Source of the DNA: Selaginella moellendorffii
Taxonomy: Eukaryota > Plantae > Lycopodiophyta
DNA: 64,000 nt
Direction: 5' to 3'
Assembly: GCF_000143415.4 (NCBI RefSeq)
Contig: NW_003314351.1
Coordinates: 442,964-506,963 of the forward strand
Shown: positions 1 through 12,476 of the stretch, piece by piece
How the letters are laid out: the number at the start of each line of letters is the position of its first letter
How positions within the stretch are numbered: position 1 is the stretch's first letter
Position numbers and translations under genes: made by a program
Notes under the pieces: model-generated
The model's input: only the letters and a program-made list of their open reading frames with translations
Told to the model about the DNA's origin: nothing
The model's database searches: none

Positions 1-1200
1 CTAAGACTTTTTATTGGGATAAGAAAGTTAGATATACCCTTTTGGGGGAAAAATTACTTATGTTGCGATATAGTAAGTCAATGTCGTAAAAGGAAATGCT
101 CATTGTCACGGAGGCCATCATTGGGACACCTAAACACTCTAGAACACCAAAAGGTGGTGTTTAGTGTCGCGAGGGCAATAGATAAGGCCCAAGGGATAAA
201 GTCCCTAGCGAATGATGGATAGGAGTTGCTATCCAAATGTCCAAGGTTGTGGAGATAGGAGGAATCCGTCTACCTGATTTGGACAAAGCCAAAAATGGGA
301 TTTTGGCAAGGCTAGTGATGGGCATATGGAGGCCCATAAGTAGCAACGGTAATCCCGGTGTGTGGGATTATAAGGTGAGCATGCCCAAATTGAGGAACCA
401 CTCACTAAGCTATTGGGTAGGTTCATCCCTATAAATACTTGTTAAGGCATGGTAGAATGTGCAAAGCTAGCCTCTTAGTCTAGAGGAGAATAACCAAAGG
501 AAATATATGAGGCCAAAGGGCAAGTAGTATTGGGATGGAACTGAACCATAGAAATCAAAGGGCATAACCAATGGTGGTTATGCAAGTTGGGAGTGGAGAA
601 TCAAAAGGGTGCTCAAGGATGTTGCTACTAGCGATGCCACCGCGATGCCACCGCGATGCCATGAAAAGTCTAAAATGTAGAATTATCCATGTTAGATTAT
701 ATAGCAATTGGAAAGTTTGCAAAAGGAGAGGCCTTAGCAAGCTAAAGGGACAGATTTCCTTCGAAAGGTTCCCAAAGACAGTTCTAAGTAGCTGGATACC
801 TAGAAAGCAAAGTGTAAATGGTTCATAGAATGCGCGAAATCAGAGTGGCACAGCAGAAGCGTGGTCTTGAAGCTTGCTATGAGGCGAGGCTATCAAGGTT
901 GGGGAAGTAGTTCCCGAGTGTTCAAAGAGAGAGCTTTGAACGAAAGTTAATGATTGAGGACTTTCACGCTTATGCACGAACCATGTTACAGTGGCCGGCT
1001 GACTTGCTAAGTGAGATTGGCAAGTCGGGGGGAACAAATACCCTAGTTGAAGGTGATAACTTCAAAAAGGGTGGGCCATAGGGCCAAGCATGGAGGAGTC
1101 CATGCATGATCACAGATGTGTCAAGTGAGAGGACTTGGCAGTGTGGAGGAACTAGGTTCCTAAGCTGTGATCTGTAGCGCGTTTTAAATAAAAGTTGGTG
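1..1200 (+). mobile_element. Possible degenerate non-LTR retrotransposon (LINE ORF2 3' part) fragment
   Basis: ORF 237-434 reads EIGGIRLPDLDKAKNGILARLVMGIWR, loosely resembling the post-RT GGLG..DL...N.ALLAK..WR motif of plant LINEs. Frames are broken by stops and AATAAA occurs near 1188. Weak, motif-level support only. Confidence 0.3.
631..661. repeat. 11-bp tandem repeat (gcgatgccacc) x~3
   Basis: Seen directly: gcgatgccacc gcgatgccacc gcgatgcca. Confidence 0.85.
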
Positions 1201-1920
1201 CACCGGCGTGGGGAGTCACGCCAGGCATTCTGTGTGATGCCATCCGTAGATGTATATACGAAGGTTGGGTTCGAGTCCCGACCCTCTAGTGCTTGGGTTC
1301 AAGTCCCAACTCACTAGGGCGTGGTGATAGTTTGGAATATGAGGACACTCATATTTCGGTGGTCATAGACTCTCAGTGGGGAAACTGGTTTGGGCACACC
1401 CCCAAGCGAGGGATGCCTCAGAGTCGTGATGCACGGTTAGATTGCTTAGTGTGAAAGCTTGGCATATCTAGCTTGAATACTTTGGTGCAAATGGCACCAA
1501 GGACGTGGTGAATGAGATGGGGACACCCAGTCTTAGTTGTTATGGACCCTTGGCCGGAAGGGCTGGCTTGGGTGCACCGCCAAGTGTGGGGGATGCCCCC
1601 GGGGTCATGGTCAACAAGCTAAAGGTCTGGAAGACCTAGTACCTATTGGCAAACTTGTTAAGGTGTCAAGGTTAGATCACTAGGTGATTGTGAGACACAA
1701 AATCCCTAGGCCCCAAAGTGGAGCCGGAAGGGTGCCACGTGGTAGTGGCCGAAGTGAGAGCCAAATGAGCATAACACATTTGGACCAAAAGCTCCGACTT
1801 GAAAAGTCAAGAGCGGGAGTGGAACTCCCAACGAAGTGCTCGAGGAATGAGCACGAAGCGAGCAATAAGCGAGGCTCCAAAAAGGGACCCAAAAAGGACC
1901 AACACATGACACGTGGAAGT

Positions 1921-2325
1921 GTCCGAGATGGACCCGAGACAGAGTCCGAGATGGAGTCCGAGATGGACCCGAGATGGAGTCCGAGATGGAGTCCGAGATG
2001 GAGTCCGAGATGGACCCAAGAGGGAGTCCGAGATGGAGTCCAAGATGGACCCGAGATGGACCCGAGACGGAGTCCAAGATGGAGTCCGAGATGGACCCGA
2101 GATGGAGTCCGAGATGAACCCGAGACGTAGTCCGAGATGGAGTCCGAGATGGACCCGAGATGGAGTCCGAGATGGAGTCCGAGATGGAACTGAGACCGAG
2201 ACCGAGACCGAGGCCGAGACTGAGACCGAGACCGAGTCTGAGGCCGAGACCGAGACCGAGACCGAGTCCGAGTCCGAGTCCGAAACCAGGACCAAGACCG
2301 AGTTCGAGCCCGAGGCCGAGTCCGA
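1921..2325. repeat. Compound minisatellite: 12-bp GAGATGGAGTCC / 11-bp GAGATGGACCC units grading into 6-bp GAGACC/GAGTCC units
   Basis: Seen directly. It explains the low-complexity ORFs (WSPR, RDGV, ETET, RPRP) in several frames. Confidence 0.95.
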
Positions 2326-2372
2326 ATACTAATACAGGTAGTTGGGTGAAAGCCCAAAGCGATCGTCCCCCA

Positions 2373-2408
2373 GGGGGGGGGGGGGGGGGGGGTTTGGGGG
2401 TTTGGGGG
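2373..2408 (+). repeat. Poly-G run (20 G) followed by two tttggggg units
   Basis: Seen directly. Confidence 0.9.
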
Positions 2409-5400
2409 TTCCAAAAGTATAGTACGGAGAGTGTGGGGGTTGGAGCCCAGTGGAGCCAGTTTAGCCAAGAAGGGCCAGTTTAGCCCAGGAAAGGCCAGTT
2501 TGGCCTGGGAAGGCCATGCCCAGTGTTGGGTGATGAACTGACCACTGGGAAGTCCAAGACTAGAGTGAATACAGACCGACAAGCGGGGTAGCTTGGTGAA
2601 GTGTTCAAGAGCCGGCTCTAGTTCCCCTGGGAGATTGAATGGTCAATGCTCCCAATCCAAGTATGGGTGGCACTACCTACTTGGATACCAGGCGTGGCTC
2701 AACGGAACCTCGTTCTAAGCCCATGGCTAGAGCACCCAAAGGTGGAAGGCGGGGAGAGTACCCATGAGGCCCGCGTAGGGCCACGGTGTTCTGAAATGGT
2801 GTCCCAAAGTCCTAGACTGTGGAAAGGAAGAGGAGTAGCCCTCTAGTGTGGTGACCAAGGACACAGTCACACGGTGAGGAAGTCCTAGAGGATAGTGGGA
2901 CTTAGTGGTCGGGCCGATGGGCCTTGATCCAATGGTGGTGTTGGCGAACACAGCCAAGGACAGAAAGGGACTTGGTGAGGACCGGAACGGAGATATTGGG
3001 GAAGGCTATTCCCCATATCTGTAGGCATCCTAAGGATGTTAAGGAGTGGATTTGGGATGATCACTCATGGACAGATGACCCAGTCTTTGAGAAACAGGAT
3101 TGGAATGTAGGTGGTGTCAGACCACCAATGTGACCAAGGTAAATGGGCATGGCCTTAGTGTAACGGGCCGATATGTTAGTGGTACCTTGGGGTGTTGATC
3201 ATGGGATCGGACACGTGGAGCACTTGGACCAAGTGCAAAGGTTTAGTGGCATGGATGCCATTTTTGGGGTTAGCATGCCCCAAGTCCTAATTGGGACTTA
3301 TGGAGGTCGTGAATGAGACTCCTCCAAGTGATCGGAGGTGTGGTTAAGTGATTAAAGTAAAATGGAAAAATTAGTCGCTTACATAGGATTACATGTTGCA
3401 ATATTGGCCCTAGATGACAAATCAAATTTAAAAAAATTGGTATACTCCTTCATGAGCTAGTCAATTGCTACAACACAAAGACCGTTAAAGGGATCTAAAG
3501 AGGGAATAAAGGAACAAAATAGAAACATAATAGCAAATAATAGGGAGAGAAAAGTGATAGAAGCAAAGGTAGAAGCAAAAGGATAAAGAAATACAGAAGT
3601 AAGAATGGAAGAAATATAAAGAAGTATGAGACAAGGGGGAAAAGCCTCAAAGTCACATTTGGCATAATTACATTGTAACCAATCCATATTAAGAATGAGG
3701 TTAAAAGCTTGACTTAGCATCATTTGCAATGACTAAAGTTCAAGCTCAAGATTGCTTATATGCACAATTAGGTTTGTTTCATCCCGTGCATATATATATA
3801 TATATATATACACAGCCATTGCCAGAAAGAATGAAAATTGGCTTTGTTCCACGATACAAATGTAGACAAAAACATGTGGCAACAGGCCAAACAATAGAAG
3901 ATAAACTTAAGCCTATATCAACTAATACGAAGAAAATAATAGAATACCTTTTGTTATAAAAATAAATTTGGAAAGAAAACACTAAATGAACCAGTGCTGA
4001 ATAAACCCCTCAATGATACTCTCAAAAGAAGGGAGGGGTCACCAACTTATTTGTGTAAAGACCCTCAACTACTCACGCAACTCCTTATTTCTTGGAAGCA
4101 TTTTGGTGCCTAGATCTTACACTATAACAGTACCAAAAAAACGTTATTAACACTAAAGTCTCCACTTAAGAAATAGAGAATGCCAATCCGAAAAATGCTA
4201 ATAACACTAATATGTGTGACCAACTTTATTACATGCCTAGTAGTGGACATCACTTGTCATTAAACTCAAATAGCAATAGCAACAACCTTCATTGGAATAG
4301 GACCACTTCCCATAAGAAGTGGAGCTAAAAGATGTACAACGAAAAATGGAAGATGTTAATGTTGTGCTATGCAAAAAGCATCATCAAGGGTGGTTAAAGT
4401 AAGTGCATATATAAATCTCATAAGATATTGATGAAGTGTTGTCCACAATATTCCCAACTTAATCCACTCCTATATATTTGGCTCTGCATGATGTAAGAGG
4501 CTTTGAAAATGAATGACAAATTACATCATTATCTCATATGGCTCTTACAATTGTTGGAAGGCATTATTAAAATTATTAATATGTCCAAATGCACATATGA
4601 AGGGGCCTAGGAAAATGCTCTAATCCACATAAGTGGTTGAACTCAAACCATTATATTACTACAACACCATCCTTTAAAAACACATAGAAACTTATGCAAA
4701 CACTAAGCATCATCCCAAGAATAATATGTGACAATCATTGTAAAGTGATTGAATCAATGGTAGGATTTCTTTTCCCAAGAATCAAGGAAAAAGGAAAAAA
4801 AAAGAAAAAAAAGAAAGAAAATTATAAGGAAAGTGAGATCTAGTTGATGCAAAGTTAGATTTATAAACTAAAATCCCAAATCAAAAACCTCGTCAGGGAC
4901 AATTAAAATTGCCCCTCATCTTCACCAATATAAGTGTATAAAATATATAAATGAAATATAGAAATGTGCATTAATTGTACACTTGGACCTTACAATAGCA
5001 AATTATTTTAATATTTAACATGTTAGCTGGTAGTGGATAATACCTAGAATATGCTCAGATATTTTAGTATATTTTAATTATTTAATGGTTAATATTTATT
5101 TAGATTGATCCTATGATTATAAATTATAATTTGAGCCTGTTATGTCTTCTAAATTATAACATTTTATTAAATACCTGGATAATTTCATTTCTAGTGAGGC
5201 AATTGTAGCTGAACCAAACTGATGCACACGTGAATATTAGGTGATGAGCATGCTTTCACTACCACCTCTCTATATAAAAAAGTGTCAAAATGTATGATAT
5301 TGCCACTCTTATTATCTTATCCAACAAATAAAGTGTATTCATAAGTATACCAATTGTTATATTAGGGCAAATGCTGTTCTAGGCAATTACAGTGGCAAGG

Positions 5401-6084
5401 CTCGATCAAACTATGTCACAACTTAGGATTTGCACATCTTTGTATTGTCTTGGATTTTCTTCATATGAGGCTAGTACAGAACCACAAGAATATGAACAAC
5501 TTTATACCTTTAAAATTTCCATTATTCTGCTAACATCTTTATAAAAAGTATAGTCATATCAAATCAGCTTCCATCAAGAAAATAAAACATTTACACATTT
5601 TGCCTTTGATAGAAGCTGTGGTGGTGGGGGCAATATGGTAGCCACAGAGTATTACTCCATTTTTGCTCGATGAAGCTAGAAGTTCTGGTGGTGGTAGCAA
5701 TATAGGAGCCACAGAGCATTGCTCCCATTGCTGGATGAGCTAAAAGATATTCCTGCTCAAGATTATAAAAATTTATTTTGTGTGCTAATGTTAAATAGCC
5801 CATGTCTTTCTTTAACTTGTAATGCTTTGGGCTAAGCAGGTACAATATACTACAATTAGATATTTCCAAGGAACCGACTTGGAAATGAGCACGAAATGCA
5901 TAATTTAACGCACAGGCGCTGTCGTTTTTGGGTCCCGAACCTTGACCGGAAGCAGCTTGGTAGTAGCTGCCTAGGTATTTTTCTTGGCGCTTAAGCTTTC
6001 TTCTTCCAATAAAGGTCGCTCCCACTCCCAGGTACATAGAGTTCCACTTTGTCCTTCTTTGTTTTTTCGAGCTCGAGCTCGAGA

Positions 6085-9000
6085 ATGGTAGAAAAGGATG
6101 TCCCTGGATCGAACGCAGCAGTGCAAGATGATCAGTCCGCGACTCAAGTTGTCCCCATTTTCAAGCTCTTCAGCTTCGCGGATTGGATGGATGTTCTCCT
6201 CATGGTGCTGGGAACTGCCGGCGCTGTGGCAAACGGAATGACGATGCCGCTCATGGCGATTGTCTTCGGCGAGCTGACGGATTCGTTTGGGCAGAACGTG
6301 AGCGATGTGGATCGCCTCTCCAGGGAAGTCTCCAAGGTAAAGTCATTCATTCTCGATCGAGAAGAAGAAAAAAAAGAAAAAAAAATTAAAAAAGAAAGAA
6401 GGAGAAGCGGAATATATTTCCATAGCTTTACTCTGTTTCTAAGTTTCTCGACGGACTGAATCAGGTGTCGTTAAGGTTTGTGTATCTCGGGATCGTGGCT
6501 TCTATTGGATCTTTGTTTCGTAAGTATTATTTCCACGTTTTTGTACGCAGTGTGATCGTGCGGCGGTTTTACAGAACTTGCGTGCTGGATGTGCACCGGA
6601 GAGAGACAAGCCGCGAGGATTCGAAACTTGTATCTCAAAGCCATTCTGCGACAAGACATCTCCTTTTTTGACAAAGAAACCAAGACGGGAGAAGTGATCG
6701 GTCGAATGTCCGGAGATACAATCCTCATACAAGATGCAATGGGTGAAAAGGTACAGAAAAACTCGAGAAACGAAATGTGTGAGCGTTCTTCTTTCTCGCA
6801 GGTGTCGAAGCTCATCCAATTCACCACCGCTTTCTTTGCTGGTTTTGTAATTGCCTTCATCAAAGGCTGGAAGCTCACGCTAGTGATGATGTCCGTGATG
6901 CCTCTGCTCGTTTTTGCTGGAGGGATGATGGCCAATCTCATGTCCAAAATGGCGAGTCGAGGCCAGAAAGCTTACGCCGAGGCGGCAGTTGTGGTGGAAC
7001 AAGTCACTGGAGGCATCAGAACTGTAAGTGTTTTTTCTTTGCACCAGAAGGTCCAAGATGAAACTTCCAGGCCAGCAGGAATTTCACGACTTTTTTTACA
7101 GGTGGCTTCGTTTACTGGCGAGCGTAAGTCCATGGCTGACTACGAGACAGCACTTACGAAAGCGTACAAAGCTGGAGTTTTTGAAGGAGTCGCATCGGGA
7201 GCTGGCCTTGGTTTCACGCTGTTCACCATGTTTTCCAGCTATGGTCTAGCGCTGTGGTATGGATCAAAGCTGGTTTTAAACGGTGGATACTCGGGTGGAG
7301 ATGTCATCAGTGTCTTGTTTGCTGTGCTCACCGGAGGCATGTAAGTGTTTTAGAACGTTTCAGAAGCAGCAAACCTTTCTCTTTTGTCAGGTCTTTGGGA
7401 CAAACTTCACCCAGTATTACTGCGATAGCATCCGGAAGAGCTGCAGCTTACAAGATGTTCGAAGTCATTCGTCGAGTCCCTCTGATTGATGCCTTTGACA
7501 TGAGCGGACAAACACTAGAGAGTGTGAAGGGCGATATCGAGCTTCGGGACGTCACCTTTTCGTATCCCACACGTCCAGATGTCCCGGTGTTTACGAGCTT
7601 CAATCTGGAAATCCCGTCTGGGACAACAGTTGCTTTGGTCGGGGAGAGTGGCAGCGGCAAGTCGACGGTGATAAGCTTGATCGAGAGGTTTTATGATCCT
7701 CAGGCTGGCGAGGTTTTGATCGATGGTGTCGACATCCGGAAGCTCCAGCCGAAGTGGCTACGCCAACAGATCGGACTTGTCAGCCAGGAACCGGTTTTGT
7801 TTGCAACCTCCATCAGAGAGAACATTGCTTATGGCAGAGAGGGAGCGACTGAGGAGGAGATTATGGAAGCTGCTCGCCTTGCGAACGCTGCGAAGTTTAT
7901 CAGCAAGATGCCAAAGGTAAATGCTTTCAAAGTTTTCATGGAAAGTTCCATAGTTATCTTTTGTTTGCTTCCAACCTGTAAGGGATTCGACACACAAGTT
8001 GGAGAGCACGGGACTCAGCTTTCTGGCGGACAGAAGCAAAGGGTGGCCATCGCTAGAGCTATACTAAAAAATCCTCGCATTCTTCTGCTGGACGAGGCAA
8101 CCAGCGCTTTGGATGCCGAGTCGGAGCGAGTGGTGCAGGAAGCGTTGGACCGGATCATGGTGAACAGGACAACAGTGATCGTCGCTCACAGGCTTTCCAC
8201 GATCAAAAACGCAGACTGCATCGCTGTTGTTCAAAGAGGAAGCATTGTGGAGAAAGGTAAATCTACACCTTTTGAAACTCTAGATCATCCAAGTCACGCT
8301 CGTATCTTTGCAGGGACACACTCGGAACTTATTCAGAGGCCAGATGGAGCTTACGAACAACTAGTTCGTCTCCAAGAAATGCACGACGTGAAGTCAAACC
8401 AGAGCTTGAGCGCTGCTCAAGCAATCGATCCAGACGAGGTGGTAGTAATCGATCAAGAGCTGGATGAACGAAGGCTGAGCAGGAGTAGCAGCCGTGGATC
8501 GTTTGGAAGCAAACGCAACGTAACTCGAAGTTCGTTCTCCTTGACTAGAACGGCGAGTGTCGATCCAGAGCAGGCCGACAAGAGCGACGGAAAAACAGGA
8601 GTAACCCGGAACAACTTTCTTCGCCTCGCAGCTATGAACAAGCCAGAAACACCGGTTTTCATCGTTGGAGCTCTTGCTTCCACTGCAAACGGTGTGGTGT
8701 TTCCGGTCTTCGGCCTGCTTCTGTCCAACATTTTCGGAGTTTTGTACAGCACGAACCGGCACAAGCTGAGACACGACGCCAACTTCTGGGCGAGCATGTT
8801 CCTGGTACAAGCTTCCGCGTGCTTGATCATCTCTCCCATACAACTCAGCGCCTTCGGATTCATCGGCCAGAGACTCATTCGACGAGTCCGGAAGAGATCG
8901 TTCGAGTCCGTTGTTCGTCAGGAGATTGCCTGGTTTGACGATCCGTCCAATTCAAGGTAGCTTTGACTAGCTCTATTTCGAAAGTTTTTCTAAGGTTTTT

Positions 9001-10613
9001 CTTTCCTTTTTTCTAGTGGAGCAATCAGTTCCCGGCTCTCAGTAGATGCTGCTCATGTCAAGAGCATGGTTGGCGATTCCTTGTCGCTGCTGCTGCAAAA
9101 TCTGGCGTCACTCATTGCAGGGCTCGTCATCGCGTTCACTGCAAACTGGATATTGTCACTTGTTGTCTTGGCACTTATTCCACTACTCGGAGCTCAAGGC
9201 GTAGTCCAGACCAAGATGATGATCGGTTTCAGCAAAGATGCGAAGGTAAGTTTTCCACCTTCGTTTTATGTTTTGCTCGATCAATGTTTTGCTTACATCC
9301 TCCTTGTATGCACGCACAGGTCATGTATGAAGAGGCGACAAAAATCGCAAACGATGCAGTGAGCAGCATTCGTACTGTGAGCTCTTACTGCCTCGAAGCT
9401 AAAATGCTGGAGCTTTACAAAACAAAGTGCTCCATCCCAACCAGGAACGGGATTCGCAACGGAGTTGTGAGTGGAATCGGTCTCGGCATTTCGAGCTTCG
9501 TTATGTTCGCAGCCTATGCCTTCAGCTTTTGGTTTGGAGCTCGTCTTGTCAGGGAGGGCAAAACAAGCTTCCAAAACGTGTTTAAGGTAAGCACCTTGTT
9601 CATGGTTGATCTTATTTCGTGATCCTCCAGGTGTTCTTTGCGATCACGATGAGCGCATTCGGCATAGCTCAGGGAGTGTCGCTCGCCCCCGACTTTGCAA
9701 AGGTGAAATCGGGAGTGAACTCGATCTTCGCGACTCTGGACAGGAAATCAAAGATCGATCCTTCCAACGAGGAAGGCAAGACGCTGGAATCGACTCGCGG
9801 AGACATCGAGTTCCGGAACGTGAGATTCCGCTATCCAGCGCGGCACGAGGCGGAGATCTTCCGAAACTTGAGCTTTTCCATCCCCGCGGGCAAGGTACGT
9901 CTCCCTTTTAAATTTTCGGTTTTGAAATTTCCCGGGCTGTTTTCTGTGTTGCGCAGACCATGGCGCTGGTCGGCGAGAGTGGAAGCGGCAAATCCACAGT
10001 CATCTCGCTACTGGAGAGGTTCTACGACCCAGATTCGGGCAGCATTCTCATCGATGGCGTCGACATTCGATCGCTCAAGCTACGCTGGCTCCGACAAAAC
10101 ATCGCCCTGGTCAGCCAAGAGCCCACACTGTTTAGCGGCAGCATCCGGTCCAACATCGCGTATGGGAGAGAGAGCGGCGCGCCCGTGAGCGAGGAAGAGA
10201 TCACCGCGGCCGCCAAGGCCGCCAACGCGCACAGCTTCATCTCCGCGATGCCGGGAGGATACGAGACCGAGGTCGGGGAGAGGGGAATCCAGCTCTCGGG
10301 CGGGCAGAAGCAGCGGATCGCGATCGCGAGGGCGGTGCTCAAGGAGCCCAAGATCTTGCTCCTGGACGAGGCAACGAGCGCGCTGGATGCAGAGTCGGAG
10401 AGGCTGGTCCAGGAAGCGCTGGATCGGATCATGGTGGGCAAGACGAGCGTGGTTGTGGCGCATCGATTGTCCACGATTGTGGGCGTGGACATGATTGCGG
10501 TGGTGAAGAATGGAGGGATTGTGGAACAGGGCAGCCACGAGGAGCTCATCACAAAGCCCAATGGCGCCTACGCTACGCTGGTCAAGCTCCATCGCCACAA
10601 GCCAGCAAGCTAG
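6085..10613 (+). CDS. ABCB: Full-length ABCB (MDR/P-glycoprotein) transporter, ABCB4/11/21-like, multi-exon
   Basis: KLFSFAD..D N-terminus, [10 protein letters not shown], two NBDs with Walker [10 protein letters not shown], signature LSGGQKQR and Walker [12 protein letters not shown]; TMD-NBD-TMD-NBD joined across short GT-AG introns. Confidence 0.95.
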
Positions 10614-10666
10614 GACCCTAGCCGTATACATTTTTCCAACGGTTGCGATACTTTAGAATAGATATT

Positions 10667-11869
10667 TTAGATTTTGGAAAGGAGCTGAGAGTTCTTGTAG
10701 ATCGAACCAAATCGGCGTGTCGCCTCCACGATTCCCAGCAGGATCTTCACATTCTTGGCGGGGAAGCGCTCGAGCAGCGCCTCCCGGGCTCGATTCGCGA
10801 GCTCGTCTCGCAGCTGCGCGCTCCTCTCGGCTCCCACCAGCGTCAAGTATGTTGTCTTGCGATTCTTGACGTCACTACTCGCGTCCTTGCCCATCTCCTC
10901 CGCCGTCATGGTCGCGTCGCTTAGATCGTCGTTCACTTGCCACATGAGGCCGAAATATCGCCCAAATCTCCTCAGGCCCTCAATCTCCTCCTCGCCGGCG
11001 CCGCCGACTATAGCCCCCGCTACCAGCGGCAGCTCGAAGAAGGAGCTCGTCTTGTTGGTGTTCTTGGCGTTGAGTTCCTCGAGTGTTTCCAAGCTCTCTC
11101 CCTTCTTGACGTCGTCGTACTGTCCATACACAAGCCTCTGCATTGAGAGAGAGAATTCCTTGACCAGCCTCAGCCTCTTGTCCGTCGAGACGAGCGTGGA
11201 GTCCACGACCGTCCCGAAAGCCAGTGCCGCAAGTGCTTGTGCCGCGAGGATAGCAGTGGTGTCGTCGAACTCTACGTGTGCCGCAGCCCTTCCTTTCCTC
11301 GTCCTTGCATTGTCCATGCATGGGAGGTCGTCAGTCGTGAGTATGATCGCCATCCACATCTCGATGGTGCAAGCCATTGGAAGTGCTGCGTGGCGGTCTC
11401 CTCCGACCAGCTCGCAAGCAGCGATACACAGCGATGCCAAGTGCCTACCTTCTTCGTCCGCTGTGCAGTAGCGTATTGCTTTGTGGAGTTGTGCCGGGCA
11501 TGATTTGACGAGGTTCGACATGATTCTGTCCAGCTCCTCCTCGATCATCTCGCCTCTGGAGCTAAGGTACTTGTAGAGCTGCATGATTTGCTCCTTGTTT
11601 GCTGTATTGCTGCTGCTGCTGCTGCTCAATGGTGCCTCTGTTGTTGCAGAGCGGCACTGGAAGTGGATGAATTTTTCTGCTCTGCTCGCCGGTGAGCACG
11701 AACTTTGGATGTGTTTCGTGCTTCTGATTGAGGAGAAGCTCGCTCTAGAACCACCAATCGCATTGGAACTTGAACAACACCTTTTGAGGTACGGGGAACT
11801 TTTACCGTTGCTGCGGATTGCTGACGGTGATGTTGCAGAGCAATAGCGAGCGTGAAAACGTTCTGTCAT
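10667..11869 (-). CDS. Intronless, divergent GGPP synthase-like (trans-isoprenyl diphosphate synthase fold) protein with probable plastid transit peptide
   Basis: LCIAACELVGG (CxxxC), first Asp-rich motif DDLPCMD, GQ..D, KT, second Asp-rich motif NDDLSD, GK...D...K.TY; Ser/Arg-rich N-terminus. Canonical GGKRVRP and EMIH are missing. Confidence 0.9.
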   Translation of the reverse strand: MTERFHARYCSATSPSAIRSNGKSSPYLKRCCSSSNAIGGSRASFSSIRSTKHIQSSCSPASRAEKFIHFQCRSATTEAPLSSSSSSNTANKEQIMQLYKYLSSRGEMIEEELDRIMSNLVKSCPAQLHKAIRYCTADEEGRHLASLCIAACELVGGDRHAALPMACTIEMWMAIILTTDDLPCMDNARTRKGRAAAHVEFDDTTAILAAQALAALAFGTVVDSTLVSTDKRLRLVKEFSLSMQRLVYGQYDDVKKGESLETLEELNAKNTNKTSSFFELPLVAGAIVGGAGEEEIEGLRRFGRYFGLMWQVNDDLSDATMTAEEMGKDASSDVKNRKTTYLTLVGAERSAQLRDELANRAREALLERFPAKNVKILLGIVEATRRFGSIYKNSQLLSKI

Positions 11870-12476
11870 TCCAGCGGAGAAATCGCAAGCGATGAAGAAC
11901 GACGCGCAAGGGCTGAGGGACGCGACCGCCGTAGATAGATCTGCTAGAGGATGGAACCAAATGAATGCATTGCCGAGATTTCAATGCTGGAACTACGTGT
12001 AAGAGCCCGGGACGCAATCTTCATGCCTGCGTGTGTTGGCTTATCGTCTGGGTTCATCTCGATTACAGGCAAATCACGTTGATCACATCCTGTGGATTAA
12101 ACGCATCTAGGATGCCGCTGCAACGAACTTGTGAACTACCGGCTTGCAGGTCAGAGTTTGTTTGGACTCGACCTTCCACCAGGAAGGAAACTTCAAACTA
12201 AAACAAGGTTTTTCTTTCCCTTTTTCCCCGAATGTGTTGGGCTGACCTGATCCATGTCCCACTGGTTGACTAAATTCCGAGCAAATATTTCAGAATAATC
12301 ATAAAGAAGTCATGAGGATTTTCCACGTCTATGAGAAGTTTCCTAATGCGTCCCACTGCGGCTTCCATGGTTTTTCGCTAGTTTCCAGGCTACTTGATTT
12401 AAATCAACCTTGAGGTCAGAAAATTGATCGCCACACAACATTGCCATCACATAGTGGCACTTTTTCTGTGGACGCT

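Noticed and set aside
1262-1312. Two tRNA T-arm/B-box-like motifs (gggttcgagtccc, gggttcaagtccc)
   Set aside because: No A-box, D-arm, anticodon arm or acceptor stem can be built; not a tRNA gene. A SINE remnant cannot be excluded.
1680-2582. Long ORFs in several frames across the tandem array; possible CRISPR-like array
   Set aside because: Open frames result from stop-free repeat units. There are no unique spacers and the context is eukaryotic.
2924-3280. WTDD and YLG strings reminiscent of reverse transcriptase motifs
   Set aside because: Different frames, wrong spacing and too short to support a call.
3400-6040. Short ORFs in the AT-rich region upstream of the first ABCB
   Set aside because: No recognisable domains or consistent splice structure; treated as intergenic or decayed repeat.
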